A DNA stretch of 62,977 nucleotides, filler included. It is 4 parts of 4 records of this genome, joined end to end, with 100 filler letters (N's around TTAATTAATTAA, not from the genome) between each part and the next. Parts side by side here need not be neighbours in the genome. Positions count along the whole stretch, not along the records: positions 19,803 to 47,668 come from DRR723986_1724; 3 more parts are not named here. One strand, given 5' to 3'. Position 1 is the stretch's first letter; each line of letters starts with the position of its first letter. Below are positions 27,401 through 36,020 of the stretch, piece by piece. Below the pieces are notes generated by a model. That model did not search any database and was not told the origin of the DNA. It saw only the letters and a list, made by a program, of their open reading frames with translations. The translations under genes were made by a program, and so were the position numbers.

Positions 27401-27434
27401 TCTGCTGAACCTTGACGAAGTGCTTAACAACTAA
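24432..27434 (+). CDS. Planctomycete cytochrome c / DUF1549 / DUF1553 (PSD1) protein
   Basis: CTACH, RMPP, HWAF, YGEKWA..WLD..RYADS, CVQCHSH, NPL.ARV.VNRVW, SNTPLQAL. Confidence 0.92.
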   Translation: MTTSVHTALPEELCPALRLAADGLPSVCISARSSVPRAGIARAKRIAIALVLLPAFCLASVADASEPADQPVAEPSEEVDFNRHIRPLFNEHCTACHGGVKQAGDLSFVYRDSALNVIEPGDAESSYILERVISDDESERMPPPEHGPGLNDDEVQLLRRWINEGAKWGKHWAFIAPKRQNAPAVQQTDWPRTPIDAFVLARIEKGGLTVNPQTTPARWLRRASLDATGLPPSPEQIKQFEASVAADGEAAYQAAVHRLLSTPNYGEKWASPWLDAVRYADSRGLGLDGRRNIWKYRDWVIDSLNRDMPFNGFTVKQLAGDLLEDATLDDLVATACHRLTQTNEEGGTDDEQFRVEAVIDRVNTTWQTWQGVSFGCVQCHSHPYDPIQHEEYYEFLSYFNNTTDSDLSNDAPTIPVPIRPSDYARSLELYDEIREIQQTLFDRAEQITSDQVWGPMGKLSASTNNTTQVVVADVDGVTEVQTRGTVAKSTTVIVETHGFGEQQLTAVRVTGLPRDSKAALRDSEWGFVISAAKLELLDKDGQPQPVKFSRVIGDEPHPILDPNDSLNPKNSNGVGPYTRMHHARSAVFVLESPLTVAAGEELRISLSQNIFALGAFPLVAPRLRLAYSDDAAWQTWASDSAWTRLAAARREQKKIPSVNTPVMQRRADRFLRPTGVFSRGNYLTKDGVVKPDTPEFLAGNPGESRLAMAKWIASETNPLSARVQVNRVWSAIFGVGIVATQEDFGSTGDAPSHPMLLDDLAVRFQTEMNWSQKTLIREILLSSTYRQSAVSTPEQRKLDPQNRLLSRGPRRRLTAEEVRDQALLISGLLVDKQFGQPVYPPIPSGVWNPFQAGDKWKTAEKGNPDRYRRTIYTYTKRSIQFPIMASFDAPTRESCSMRRLPSNTPLQALMTLNDEAFVECAQAFAERMIASADKPEAQISFGYRAATGRIASPAALAMLLELYNSQVQTPGDQGDGEIDQQQALTPVALVLLNLDEVLNN

Positions 27435-27480
27435 CAGTGTTTAAGCAGAAGCTCTCGCCGCGCACTACAGTCGCTTCAAG

Positions 27481-29574
27481 CTAGAACGCAAACGAATCGA
27501 CGTCGGCCTGCGGTGCTGCTTGGTAGCCATGCGGTTCCATCGAGCAGCCGGCGCGGCCCTGGCTCAGCGATCGGATCGCCGAGGAGTAGCCAAACAGCTC
27601 CTTCAACGGAGCGAAAGCGATAACGCCGGTCATCGCACCTCGCGCCTCGGTAGAGTCAATGATGGCCCTTCGTTGCTGAAGGTCACCAACGATTTCGCCA
27701 ACATAGTCGTCGGGCGTGACGATATCCAAACGCATGATTGGCTCAAGCAGTACCGGTGAAGCAGACTGCAGAGCCTGGTCAAATCCGTCATTGGCGGCGA
27801 TTCGAAATGCCACTTCGTCGGAGCCAACTTCCCGCATTTCTCCTCCGACGAGACTGATCCGCATGCCCGCGAGCGGGAATGAGCCAATGACTCCGCCACC
27901 CTGAGCGCGAGAGCGTAATTCTTCCAAGACGGCTTGCTTGAGATTGTCCGGAAGAGCCTCCTCGCCAAAGTGACGGTCAAGAACAATCGGATCCGCTGAC
28001 TTGTCTTCCAACGATTCGACCTTCAGATCAACGCGAGCAAACATTTGCGTCGCGCCAATCTGGCGATTGCACTGGCCCGTTGCGGTTGCATCCTGCCCAA
28101 TCGTCTCGCGATAGTTTACGCGTGGTTTGTAGAATTTGACATTCAGGTTGAAGTCACGAGTCAGCCGGTGTTTCACGACATCTAAGTGCAACTCGCCCAT
28201 TCCAGAAATAAGTGTCTGCCCTGACTCTTCGTTCTCAATGGCATCAAATGTCGGGTCTTGCCGCTTGAGCATATCGAGCACTTCACTCAGCTTCTTGCGT
28301 TCGGCGGTATTCTCCGGCTCGATGGCCATCGAAAGAACCGTCTGTGCAAACTGAATACTGGGGAGCTGAATTCCTTCTCGAGTATCACACAGCGTATCAC
28401 CGGTGATCGAAAGTCGTGGGCCAATGGCACAAGCGATATCACCACACTCAAGCTTCTGCACTTGCCCTTGTCGCTCTTTCTTCGTCGCGTGAATTTGCCA
28501 CAACTGGGCGATGTTCTCCTTCTTGTCACGATTGGGATTGTTGACCCTCGAGTTCGCATCCAGCGTCCCCGAATAGACGCGGATCCAGTACAAATCGCCG
28601 GTCTTGGCAGGGAGAATCTTGAAGACTAACGCGCAGAAGGGATCTTTGGGCGACGGGCTACGCGAAAGCTCCTTCTCGGGATTCTTAAGGTCCGTACCAA
28701 CGACGGCTGGTCGGTCCAATGGGCTGGGCAGATAGTGCCCGACTGCGTCGAGAACCGGCTGAACTCCCATTCCGTGCAGTGCGGAGCCGCATAGCACTGG
28801 TTGAATCTGCCGAGTGATACACCCTACACGAAGGGCTTTCCGGACGTCGTCCGGCGTAATCTCTTGTTCTTCGAGCGCCTTTTCCATCAGTTCATTGCTG
28901 ACCGAGTAAAGGGCGTCGAGCATCATTTCCCGCCAACTGTTTGCATCATCCTGCAGTTCTTCCGGGATGTCGCCAACCTCCGTGTTCTTTCCATCGCTTT
29001 CACGATCGAAAGTGAGCATTTTCATATCGATCAAATCGATGACACCGGAGAATGGATTCGCGACATGCTGCGGGCCCATACCGACCGGGATCTGGATCGG
29101 CACGGGCGTGGCACCGAGACGAGGGCCAATCTCGTCCAGCACACGGTAGAAATCGGCACCTTCGCGATCCAGTTTGTTGATGAACACAATGCGAGGCACA
29201 TCGTACTTGTCGGCCTGACGCCAAACAGTCTCGCTCTGTGCTTCGACCCCTTCTCGGCCGCTAAACACCACTACAGCACCATCGAGAACTCGAAGGCAGC
29301 GTTCCACTTCGGCGGTAAAGTCCACGTGGCCGGGCGTATCGAGCAAGTTAATCGTGCTCTTCTTCCAATTGAACGTTACGCAGGCCGAGTAGATCGTAAT
29401 GCCGCGTTCCTGTTCTTCGGGATCATCGTCAGTTTCGGTCGTGCCTGAATCAACGCCGCCAGCACGGTGTTTTGCGCCGCTGACGTACAACATCCGCTCG
29501 GTGACAGTTGTTTTGCCAGCGTCGATGTGCGCGATGATGCCGATGTTTCGAATTGTTTCGAGCTTGCGAGCCAT
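27481..29574 (-). CDS. fusA: Elongation factor G (divergent str-operon copy)
   Basis: AHIDAGKTT, ERGITI, DTPGH, NKLD, GMGELH, LLEP; follows rpsG. Confidence 0.93.
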   Translation of the reverse strand: MARKLETIRNIGIIAHIDAGKTTVTERMLYVSGAKHRAGGVDSGTTETDDDPEEQERGITIYSACVTFNWKKSTINLLDTPGHVDFTAEVERCLRVLDGAVVVFSGREGVEAQSETVWRQADKYDVPRIVFINKLDREGADFYRVLDEIGPRLGATPVPIQIPVGMGPQHVANPFSGVIDLIDMKMLTFDRESDGKNTEVGDIPEELQDDANSWREMMLDALYSVSNELMEKALEEQEITPDDVRKALRVGCITRQIQPVLCGSALHGMGVQPVLDAVGHYLPSPLDRPAVVGTDLKNPEKELSRSPSPKDPFCALVFKILPAKTGDLYWIRVYSGTLDANSRVNNPNRDKKENIAQLWQIHATKKERQGQVQKLECGDIACAIGPRLSITGDTLCDTREGIQLPSIQFAQTVLSMAIEPENTAERKKLSEVLDMLKRQDPTFDAIENEESGQTLISGMGELHLDVVKHRLTRDFNLNVKFYKPRVNYRETIGQDATATGQCNRQIGATQMFARVDLKVESLEDKSADPIVLDRHFGEEALPDNLKQAVLEELRSRAQGGGVIGSFPLAGMRISLVGGEMREVGSDEVAFRIAANDGFDQALQSASPVLLEPIMRLDIVTPDDYVGEIVGDLQQRRAIIDSTEARGAMTGVIAFAPLKELFGYSSAIRSLSQGRAGCSMEPHGYQAAPQADVDSFAF

Positions 29575-29715
29575 GATCGTTTCAACCTTGGACGGGGCAG
29601 TGCACTTTCGAATATTGAAAGCAATGGTGTGTTTGATCGAAATCCGCCGGCGGGATGAGAAGCCAGCAGCAACATTAGATAGTCGTGGTTTGAATTGTGT
29701 TCAGGAGCTGCGCAT

Positions 29716-29750
29716 AAAAAAAGCCGCAACGTGACTACGCAGCGGCTCTT
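29716..29750 (-). terminator. Intrinsic terminator between rpsG and fusA
   Basis: Minus strand AGCCGC...GCGGC followed by T7. Confidence 0.7.
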
Positions 29751-29795
29751 TGTTTTGCAGCTCTCGGCGTCACCTTTCGTAGCGACGCGGGACAA

Positions 29796-30266
29796 TTACC
29801 AAGCGAAGTGAGCAAATGCCTTGTTGGCGTCTGCCATACGGTGCGTTTGTTCGCGACGGTTCATCGCTGCACCTTCCTTGCGGTAAGCGGCCAACAGTTC
29901 GTCGGCAAGCTTCTTATGAGTTGGTCGTCCCTTCTTGTCGCGGACAGCAAGCAGGATCCAGCGAATTGCCAACGACTGCTGACGCGCTCGGTTCACTTGC
30001 ATCGGTACTTGGTAGGAAGCACCACCGACCCGCTTGGATCGTACTTCGATGAACGGCTTCACGTTCTCAACCGCTTGTTCGAACACCTCGATCGAAGGCT
30101 TGTCAGTTACCTTCTCCGCGATCACATCCAACGCGTCATAGAAAACGGTCAGAGCAGTGCTCTTCTTGCCGTCGTACATGAGGCAATTGATGAACTTTCC
30201 AGCCAACAATGACTGAAACTTTGGATCTGGTCGCAACGATGTGCGGCTGGCAGTAATCTTACCCAT
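29796..30266 (-). CDS. rpsG: 30S ribosomal protein S7
   Basis: [28 protein letters not shown]. Confidence 0.98.
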   Translation of the reverse strand: MGKITASRTSLRPDPKFQSLLAGKFINCLMYDGKKSTALTVFYDALDVIAEKVTDKPSIEVFEQAVENVKPFIEVRSKRVGGASYQVPMQVNRARQQSLAIRWILLAVRDKKGRPTHKKLADELLAAYRKEGAAMNRREQTHRMADANKAFAHFAW

Positions 30267-30334
30267 TGCTGTGTCGTGTTACCTGCGAAGAGGTTACCTA
30301 GTGATTTGGTTCAAAAATGATTCGTTGCAGTGTT

Positions 30335-30703
30335 CTACGGCTGCTTAGCACCGTAACGGCTACGCGATTGCTTCCGGCCATCTACGCCGAGTGTATCACG
30401 TGCACCACGAACGACTTGGTAGCGAACACCTGGCAAGTCACGAACACGGCCACCGCGGACGAGCACGATCGAGTGTTCCTGAAGGTTGTGACCTTCTCCG
30501 GGAATATAAACCGTGACTTCTTTGCCGTTGGACAGACGAACACGGGTGATTTTTCGCAGAGCAGAGTTCGGCTTCTTAGGCGTCATCGTTCGAACTTGCA
30601 AGCAAACACCCTGCTTCTGAGGGCACTTCTCTAGCACGACCGATTTGGTTGCCTTGCGCTGGACCTTCCTGTTTCGTTTGACCAGCTGGTTGATCGTTGG
30701 CAT
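30335..30703 (-). CDS. rpsL: 30S ribosomal protein S12
   Basis: [26 protein letters not shown]. Confidence 0.99.
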   Translation of the reverse strand: MPTINQLVKRNRKVQRKATKSVVLEKCPQKQGVCLQVRTMTPKKPNSALRKITRVRLSNGKEVTVYIPGEGHNLQEHSIVLVRGGRVRDLPGVRYQVVRGARDTLGVDGRKQSRSRYGAKQP

Positions 30704-30794
30704 CTGTTCGCTTTTCGACCTGTCGTAAGGTTTAATGAATCAAAATCAATTGCGCTGAGGAAGCGGCATCGCCCCTCCCGCACGTTTATCTGAG

Positions 30795-30878
<84 letters not shown>

Positions 30879-31171
30879 TAAACTTGCATGTGACGGCAAT
30901 CCGTACAGACCGCTCGCCGATTCGAATTCAGAAATGTACCCGAAGCAAGGCCGTCTCCACAAGCCCCGATGGCTAGCGAAAGTCATGTTTTTGTCGCTGG
31001 CTTGCTTTCCAACCGAACTTAGCGGCTTGACCGGCTGTCTCTCCTATCTTGAATCGACAACTTGCTGGTCGCGGGCTACCCTCTGCTGCGTAATTGAGCC
31101 CGCTGGCAAATTAGGCCGAGATTGTTGTTCAACTCTCGCGGCGAACAGCGTGAATTTAGCTAACAAGACGC

Positions 31172-32014
31172 ATGATTGACAACGCACCTTTCTATAGCAA
31201 AAAGTTTGGCGAGATAACCGTCGAAGGTTACTCGCGAGCAGCCGTGCAAACGTATTGGCGGATTCCTGAGCTGAAGATCGGCTTCGATCTCGGCGGACAG
31301 CCATGGGATTTCATGGGAACGTCGCGTTGGGCCATCACACACTCACACCTGGACCACATTGCCGCATTGCCCGTCTATATCGCTCGACGACGCATGATGA
31401 AGATGTCCCCCCCGACGGTCTACTTGCCTGAGGGGGCCGTCGACGCGGTCGAGGCTATGCTAAGAACCTTTACCCGACTCGACCGTGGCCGGTTGCCAGT
31501 GGACATCGTCCCCGTCGCGCCTGGCGACGAGATCGAATTGTCTCGCGAGCTGGCTATGACGGTTCACAAAACGGTCCATACGGTTCCGAGCGTGGGCTAT
31601 ACCCTTTGGGAGCGACGCACCAAGCTCAAGCCCGAGTTTCATGGGCTGAGCGGTCCAGAGATTCGTGACCTGCGAATGGCGGGAACCGAGGTAAGCGCTG
31701 AAACGCGAATTCCAGTTGTAGCCTTTACGGGTGATACCAGCCCGCGGGGACTAGAGGAAAACGCCGACTTCCTGAAGGCCCGGTTGCTCATTACTGAGAT
31801 GACCTTCGTAGCCCCTCAGCACCGCAAAGAGAAGATCCACAAGCACGGGCACATGCATTTAGATGACTTTGTCTTCAACCACGACTGGTTTGAGAATCAA
31901 AATATCATCGCATCGCACTTCAGCGTTCGGTATTCTGACAACCAGATCCGCAAGACCGTTGAAAAACGCCTGCCCGGCCTCTGGGACGGCCGCTTGAATC
32001 TGTGGTGTGAGTGA
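31172..32014 (+). CDS. Metallo-beta-lactamase fold hydrolase, RNase Z-like
   Basis: THSHLDH, TGDT, TEMTF, HGHMH, SHFS.RY. Confidence 0.82.
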   Translation: MIDNAPFYSKKFGEITVEGYSRAAVQTYWRIPELKIGFDLGGQPWDFMGTSRWAITHSHLDHIAALPVYIARRRMMKMSPPTVYLPEGAVDAVEAMLRTFTRLDRGRLPVDIVPVAPGDEIELSRELAMTVHKTVHTVPSVGYTLWERRTKLKPEFHGLSGPEIRDLRMAGTEVSAETRIPVVAFTGDTSPRGLEENADFLKARLLITEMTFVAPQHRKEKIHKHGHMHLDDFVFNHDWFENQNIIASHFSVRYSDNQIRKTVEKRLPGLWDGRLNLWCE

Positions 32015-32061
32015 TCGTAATAGGGCCTGCTCAGCCCACAGCACAGAACACTTCAAATAAT

Positions 32062-32100
32062 AAAAAAACGCGGACCAGCAATAAACTAGCCCGCGTTTCT
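32062..32100. terminator. Terminator between convergent genes
   Basis: AAACGCGG...CCGCGTTT with A7 tract. Confidence 0.65.
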
Positions 32101-32125
32101 TGGAGTCATTCGGTTCCAGTAAATG

Positions 32126-32305
32126 CTACTGAACCATAGCCTCAGCAGTATCTTCACTTGAAGACTCTTCGCCTGAGTCACCGCCACCGCCAGGGGTGCC
32201 GACGGTTGGACGATCTACTGGATCGCCATTGTGAACCGCTGTATTGTCTTGGCTGCATCCAGCCAGAACAACGCAAACGCAAATACTGAAAAGTACACGC
32301 TTCAT
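32126..32305 (-). CDS. Small lipoprotein (59 aa), companion of DUF1559 gene
   Basis: Below ORF cutoff; MKRVLFSICVCVVLAG-C lipobox, acidic Gly/Ser tail. Confidence 0.75.
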   Translation of the reverse strand: MKRVLFSICVCVVLAGCSQDNTAVHNGDPVDRPTVGTPGGGGDSGEESSSEDTAEAMVQ

Positions 32306-32324
32306 AATTGAGAATTCCTAGTGT

Positions 32325-33461
32325 TTATTCTGGTACTTGCTCTACCATGCCGTCTGACATACCACCAATTGCGTGCCATACGCGTCGGTCCATGGTCAAA
32401 GCCAGCGACTTCGTAGATACATCACCCATAGTAACGTTAACAACTCCAGTATGGAAGCTGCTGAACTTTGCTGGTCCTGGATAGGCAACGTTTGCACGCC
32501 ATCCCCAGAACTTGCTGGTTGGATCTTGCTGAGGTCGCGTAACCATGAATCGGGTGAAAGCAGGACCGCTGGAAATCCACCAGTGCGATGCGAAGCGGCC
32601 GGTTCGGTTTGCAGGAACTTCGAAAAGACCTGTAACTTCACCGAACATCAGAGTATTCGATGTACCGTCAGTGATACTGCCGAACTTAGTCTTGCTGGCA
32701 CAGTAGAAAATACCTGCAAGCGAGTCGACTGGCATGCCAGCAGTATCTTCCCAAGGATCTTGAGTGTCTTCGTTTCGCCAGTTGCTGCCAATACGTCCAC
32801 CCCATCCGCCGGAGCCTAAGTAATTAGTCTTTCCGACAGTTCGGTGGAAATCACCGAATGATGGTCCAACGGTATAGAAACCAGCAGCTGGACGCCCACC
32901 GGCGGTTGGTGCATAGCACAGAGAGGTAAGAATCGACGTCTCGCCAGATCCGCCGTTTACATCGTCACTTGGACAGGTGAGTGTTGGCAAGCTGTACTGA
33001 GCCCAATCCCAACTCTCGGTTCCCCACCAGTAACGGTTCATCAACTGGCGTGGAGTGCCAGTGGCAGCCCCGTAGCCATCCTGGTCAGGATCCATATTGC
33101 TCGCTTGAGAAATCCCGTTGTATAGAGCAGTTTGCTCCATGTAGGGAAGCAGGTGAGCAATGTGACCAATACCGGAGTGGCGGTTGAACTGGCCACCACC
33201 AAGATATGCTTGGCGAATTGGTGAGCCCTTGACGATCAAACCTGGAGGAAATCGCTTGAACGCACTCTCGAAGTTGTGCGTAGCAAGACCAAGCTGACGG
33301 ACATTGTTCGAGCACTGCATACGACGTGCAGCTTCACGAGCGGCTTGTACGGCTGGCAAAAGAAGGCCAACCAAAATTCCGATGATCGCGATAACGACCA
33401 AAAGTTCGACGAGCGTAAAGCCCATCTTCGGCGCTGATTGCCGACTGAGATTCTTCTTCAT
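32325..33461 (-). CDS. DUF1559 prepilin-type protein
   Basis: GFTLVELLVVIAIIGILVGLLLPAVQAAREAARRMQC.NN, CPSD, DGTSNT...GE, H-X9-D. Confidence 0.95.
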   Translation of the reverse strand: MKKNLSRQSAPKMGFTLVELLVVIAIIGILVGLLLPAVQAAREAARRMQCSNNVRQLGLATHNFESAFKRFPPGLIVKGSPIRQAYLGGGQFNRHSGIGHIAHLLPYMEQTALYNGISQASNMDPDQDGYGAATGTPRQLMNRYWWGTESWDWAQYSLPTLTCPSDDVNGGSGETSILTSLCYAPTAGGRPAAGFYTVGPSFGDFHRTVGKTNYLGSGGWGGRIGSNWRNEDTQDPWEDTAGMPVDSLAGIFYCASKTKFGSITDGTSNTLMFGEVTGLFEVPANRTGRFASHWWISSGPAFTRFMVTRPQQDPTSKFWGWRANVAYPGPAKFSSFHTGVVNVTMGDVSTKSLALTMDRRVWHAIGGMSDGMVEQVPE

Positions 33462-34173
33462 TACATGACCTCGTAGAAGAAAAAATGAAACAGGACACCA
33501 TTTGCGGCAACAGATCCGATGGAACCAAGGATAAATGCAGTTCTGCTAGCCGGTGTTTTAATCGAGTCGGAGTGCGGTGAGAGATGCACACACTTCCTCG
33601 ATGGAAACATTGTTTAGCCGATTCCTAATATTTTCAACTGTTAAGTTTCCAACTTTTTTGAAAAAATGTTCGAAATTCCTATTTTCAAATGAAAGGTAAT
33701 TTAGGGGAAACCGAAGTTAGTCAACGAATACGTTGATGAATCTCACTTCAGGCTTTTGGTCGGATTGCTAGCAAATTAATTCGGCCTTTTCTTTGCAAGA
33801 CTGAAACCGGTCCCTTTGTTCCCTCTCGGTAGAGGTATATCGAACGGGCAGTGGCAATTGTCCTCAGGAATCTCTCCCCTAAATCTAACGGTGAAAGCGT
33901 TGGGTGAGCAGTAAAGTCCGCAACTCTTCCGCCTCAATCCCTTTTCGGCATCCCGCGAAGCTTCTAACGAGACTCAATTCCTTTGCCGTGGCATGCCTGC
34001 CAAGCCGCTTCTTGCTATCTTTAAACACGATCGCTCCCACCCGGACTCTTCCCGTCTTCAGGCCGCTTGGTTCAATCGCCATCCTTGGCGAAGGTGTTCT
34101 ACTTTGCCAAGTCCCAGCGATTCCATGAACCCATATTGATAGAGGATTTGCAGTGCGATACACCCCGGACCGC

Positions 34174-35769
34174 ATGCTGCCCGCACCGAAGCACAGAACC
34201 CACGCAACACCATTTCATCCGAGTACTGCCAAGCCTTCCCGGCGGCAGCTTCTCAGTTGCGCTGCGTTCTTGGTCATGTTGACGAACTTTTCAGTCTTTC
34301 CAGCCTTTACAGTCGCGAGCGCCGGTGAAAACGCTGGTGCAGAAAAGCCCAAGCGTCCAAATGCCGAGCGGCCGAATATTGTCGTATTCATCGCTGACGA
34401 CATGGCATGGGATGATTGGGGTGGAGCCGGCAATCCGACTGTCAGGACTCCGCGACTGGACCAGTTGGCAGCCGAGGGGCTCAACTTCACCAACGCTTAC
34501 TTGACCTGTTCCTCGTGCTCACCCAGTCGCTGCTCAATCCTTACCGGCCTCTACCCTCATAGCACCGGTGCGGGCGAGCTGCACTTGCCGCTGAGCAATT
34601 CGAAGCACCTTGTCACGTCGTATCTTCGCGAGGAAGGGTACTGGACCGCCGCCGTCGGGAAGTGGCATCTTGGTGAAGCGGTTGCCGACCAGGTGGACTA
34701 CAGGAAAGGCTCTTCGCCGACCGCCATGGCAGAGGCTTGGTGCGCCGCCATTGAAGCCTGCCCTGCCGACAAGCCCCTGTTTATGTGGGCCGCGCACAGC
34801 GACCCGCACCGGGGCTACAAGCCGGGAGCAGTTGATCCGCCGCACGAACCGACTGCTGTAGTCGTCCCGGAGCTCTTTCCTGATACCCAGGCCGTCCGCG
34901 AAGATTTCGCTCTCTATTACGATGAAGTTTCACGGTTCGACAACCACGTCGGCCAAGCAGTCGATGCCCTCCAAGCTGCGGGCCGGCTGGACAACACGTT
35001 GATCGTAGTGATGAGTGATAACGGGCGTCCATTCCCGCACTGCAAGACCCGCGTGACTGTACCTGGAGTCAGGACGCCATTTGTTGTTCACTGGCCAAAA
35101 CGACTGAAGTCGAACGGAAAAACCAACGCACTGATCAGTTCAGTAGATCTCGCGCCAACGATCCTTGAAGCCGCAGGTCTACCGGTTCCGGAGCAGATGC
35201 AGGGGCGCAGTTTCCTTGGGCTGCTAACGAGGCTAGACAGCTCCGGCAAAAACGTCGCACCGGAACATAGTGTTCGAAAGTTTGCGTTTGCCGAGCACAA
35301 TTGGCACGACTATCGAGCGTTTGAGCGAGCCGCGATTTCTCAGCAGTTTTGCTACGTTCGAAACTGGCTGCCCAACACTCCTGGGACCCCGCCAGCAGAC
35401 GCAGTTCGCAGCCCGACCTATCTGGAGATGCAGCGACTTGAAACGGAAGGCCAGCTCTCGTCGGTCCAGCGCGAGCCCTTCGTTAGTCCGCGCGCCGAAG
35501 AGTTCTTGTTTGACATCGCAGCAGATCCCAACTGCACGAAAAACCTTTTGGCCAGCGGCGATGAATTGACGCCCGCCCAGTCAGAAGCTCTGGCGGAGCA
35601 TCAGGCGGCCCTGCAGAAATGGATGCAGGACACAGCAGACAGCTTTCCCGGTGAAGACTCGCTGACTCCCGACGGTTTCGATCGAGAATCCGGCGAGCGG
35701 TTGATTCAGGGCACGCACCCTGCTCTTGCAAAAACCAAACGCAAAGCAAAAGCGAAGGCCAAGAAGTAG
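34174..35769 (+). CDS. Sulfatase (sulfamidase-like), possible Tat export
   Basis: RPNIV..IADD, CSPSR, GKWH, SDNG; SRRQLL near N-terminus; start uncertain. Confidence 0.9.
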   Translation: MLPAPKHRTHATPFHPSTAKPSRRQLLSCAAFLVMLTNFSVFPAFTVASAGENAGAEKPKRPNAERPNIVVFIADDMAWDDWGGAGNPTVRTPRLDQLAAEGLNFTNAYLTCSSCSPSRCSILTGLYPHSTGAGELHLPLSNSKHLVTSYLREEGYWTAAVGKWHLGEAVADQVDYRKGSSPTAMAEAWCAAIEACPADKPLFMWAAHSDPHRGYKPGAVDPPHEPTAVVVPELFPDTQAVREDFALYYDEVSRFDNHVGQAVDALQAAGRLDNTLIVVMSDNGRPFPHCKTRVTVPGVRTPFVVHWPKRLKSNGKTNALISSVDLAPTILEAAGLPVPEQMQGRSFLGLLTRLDSSGKNVAPEHSVRKFAFAEHNWHDYRAFERAAISQQFCYVRNWLPNTPGTPPADAVRSPTYLEMQRLETEGQLSSVQREPFVSPRAEEFLFDIAADPNCTKNLLASGDELTPAQSEALAEHQAALQKWMQDTADSFPGEDSLTPDGFDRESGERLIQGTHPALAKTKRKAKAKAKK

Positions 35770-36020
35770 CCAAAGCAGCGAAGCGGTGTTCATTGCTCGA
35801 CGCTTTATAGGTAAGTGCAGTTGCTTGAGTACGATAGGCGCGATTTGGAGACGTTGGCGGACAGTTGAGCACGCGCTGGAGACAAATTGCCACTTGGGCC
35901 TTGCGGCTCAGGGCCGGTGATTTCTAATTCTGTCCTCATACAAGGGTTGGAGACGCGCGAAAATTCGCCGCGTCGTACCCTTCGTCCATTTGACAGTCCC
36001 AGATCGCAGGCCGCACATTG

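Noticed and set aside
30335-30703. Streptomycin-resistance rpsL allele
   Set aside because: PKKPNS is wild type; RVRDLPG (Arg at the K87/88 position) may be natural lineage variation and cannot be interpreted without relatives
33885-34175. 96-aa minus-strand ORF
   Set aside because: No motif or RBS; lies in a divergent promoter region
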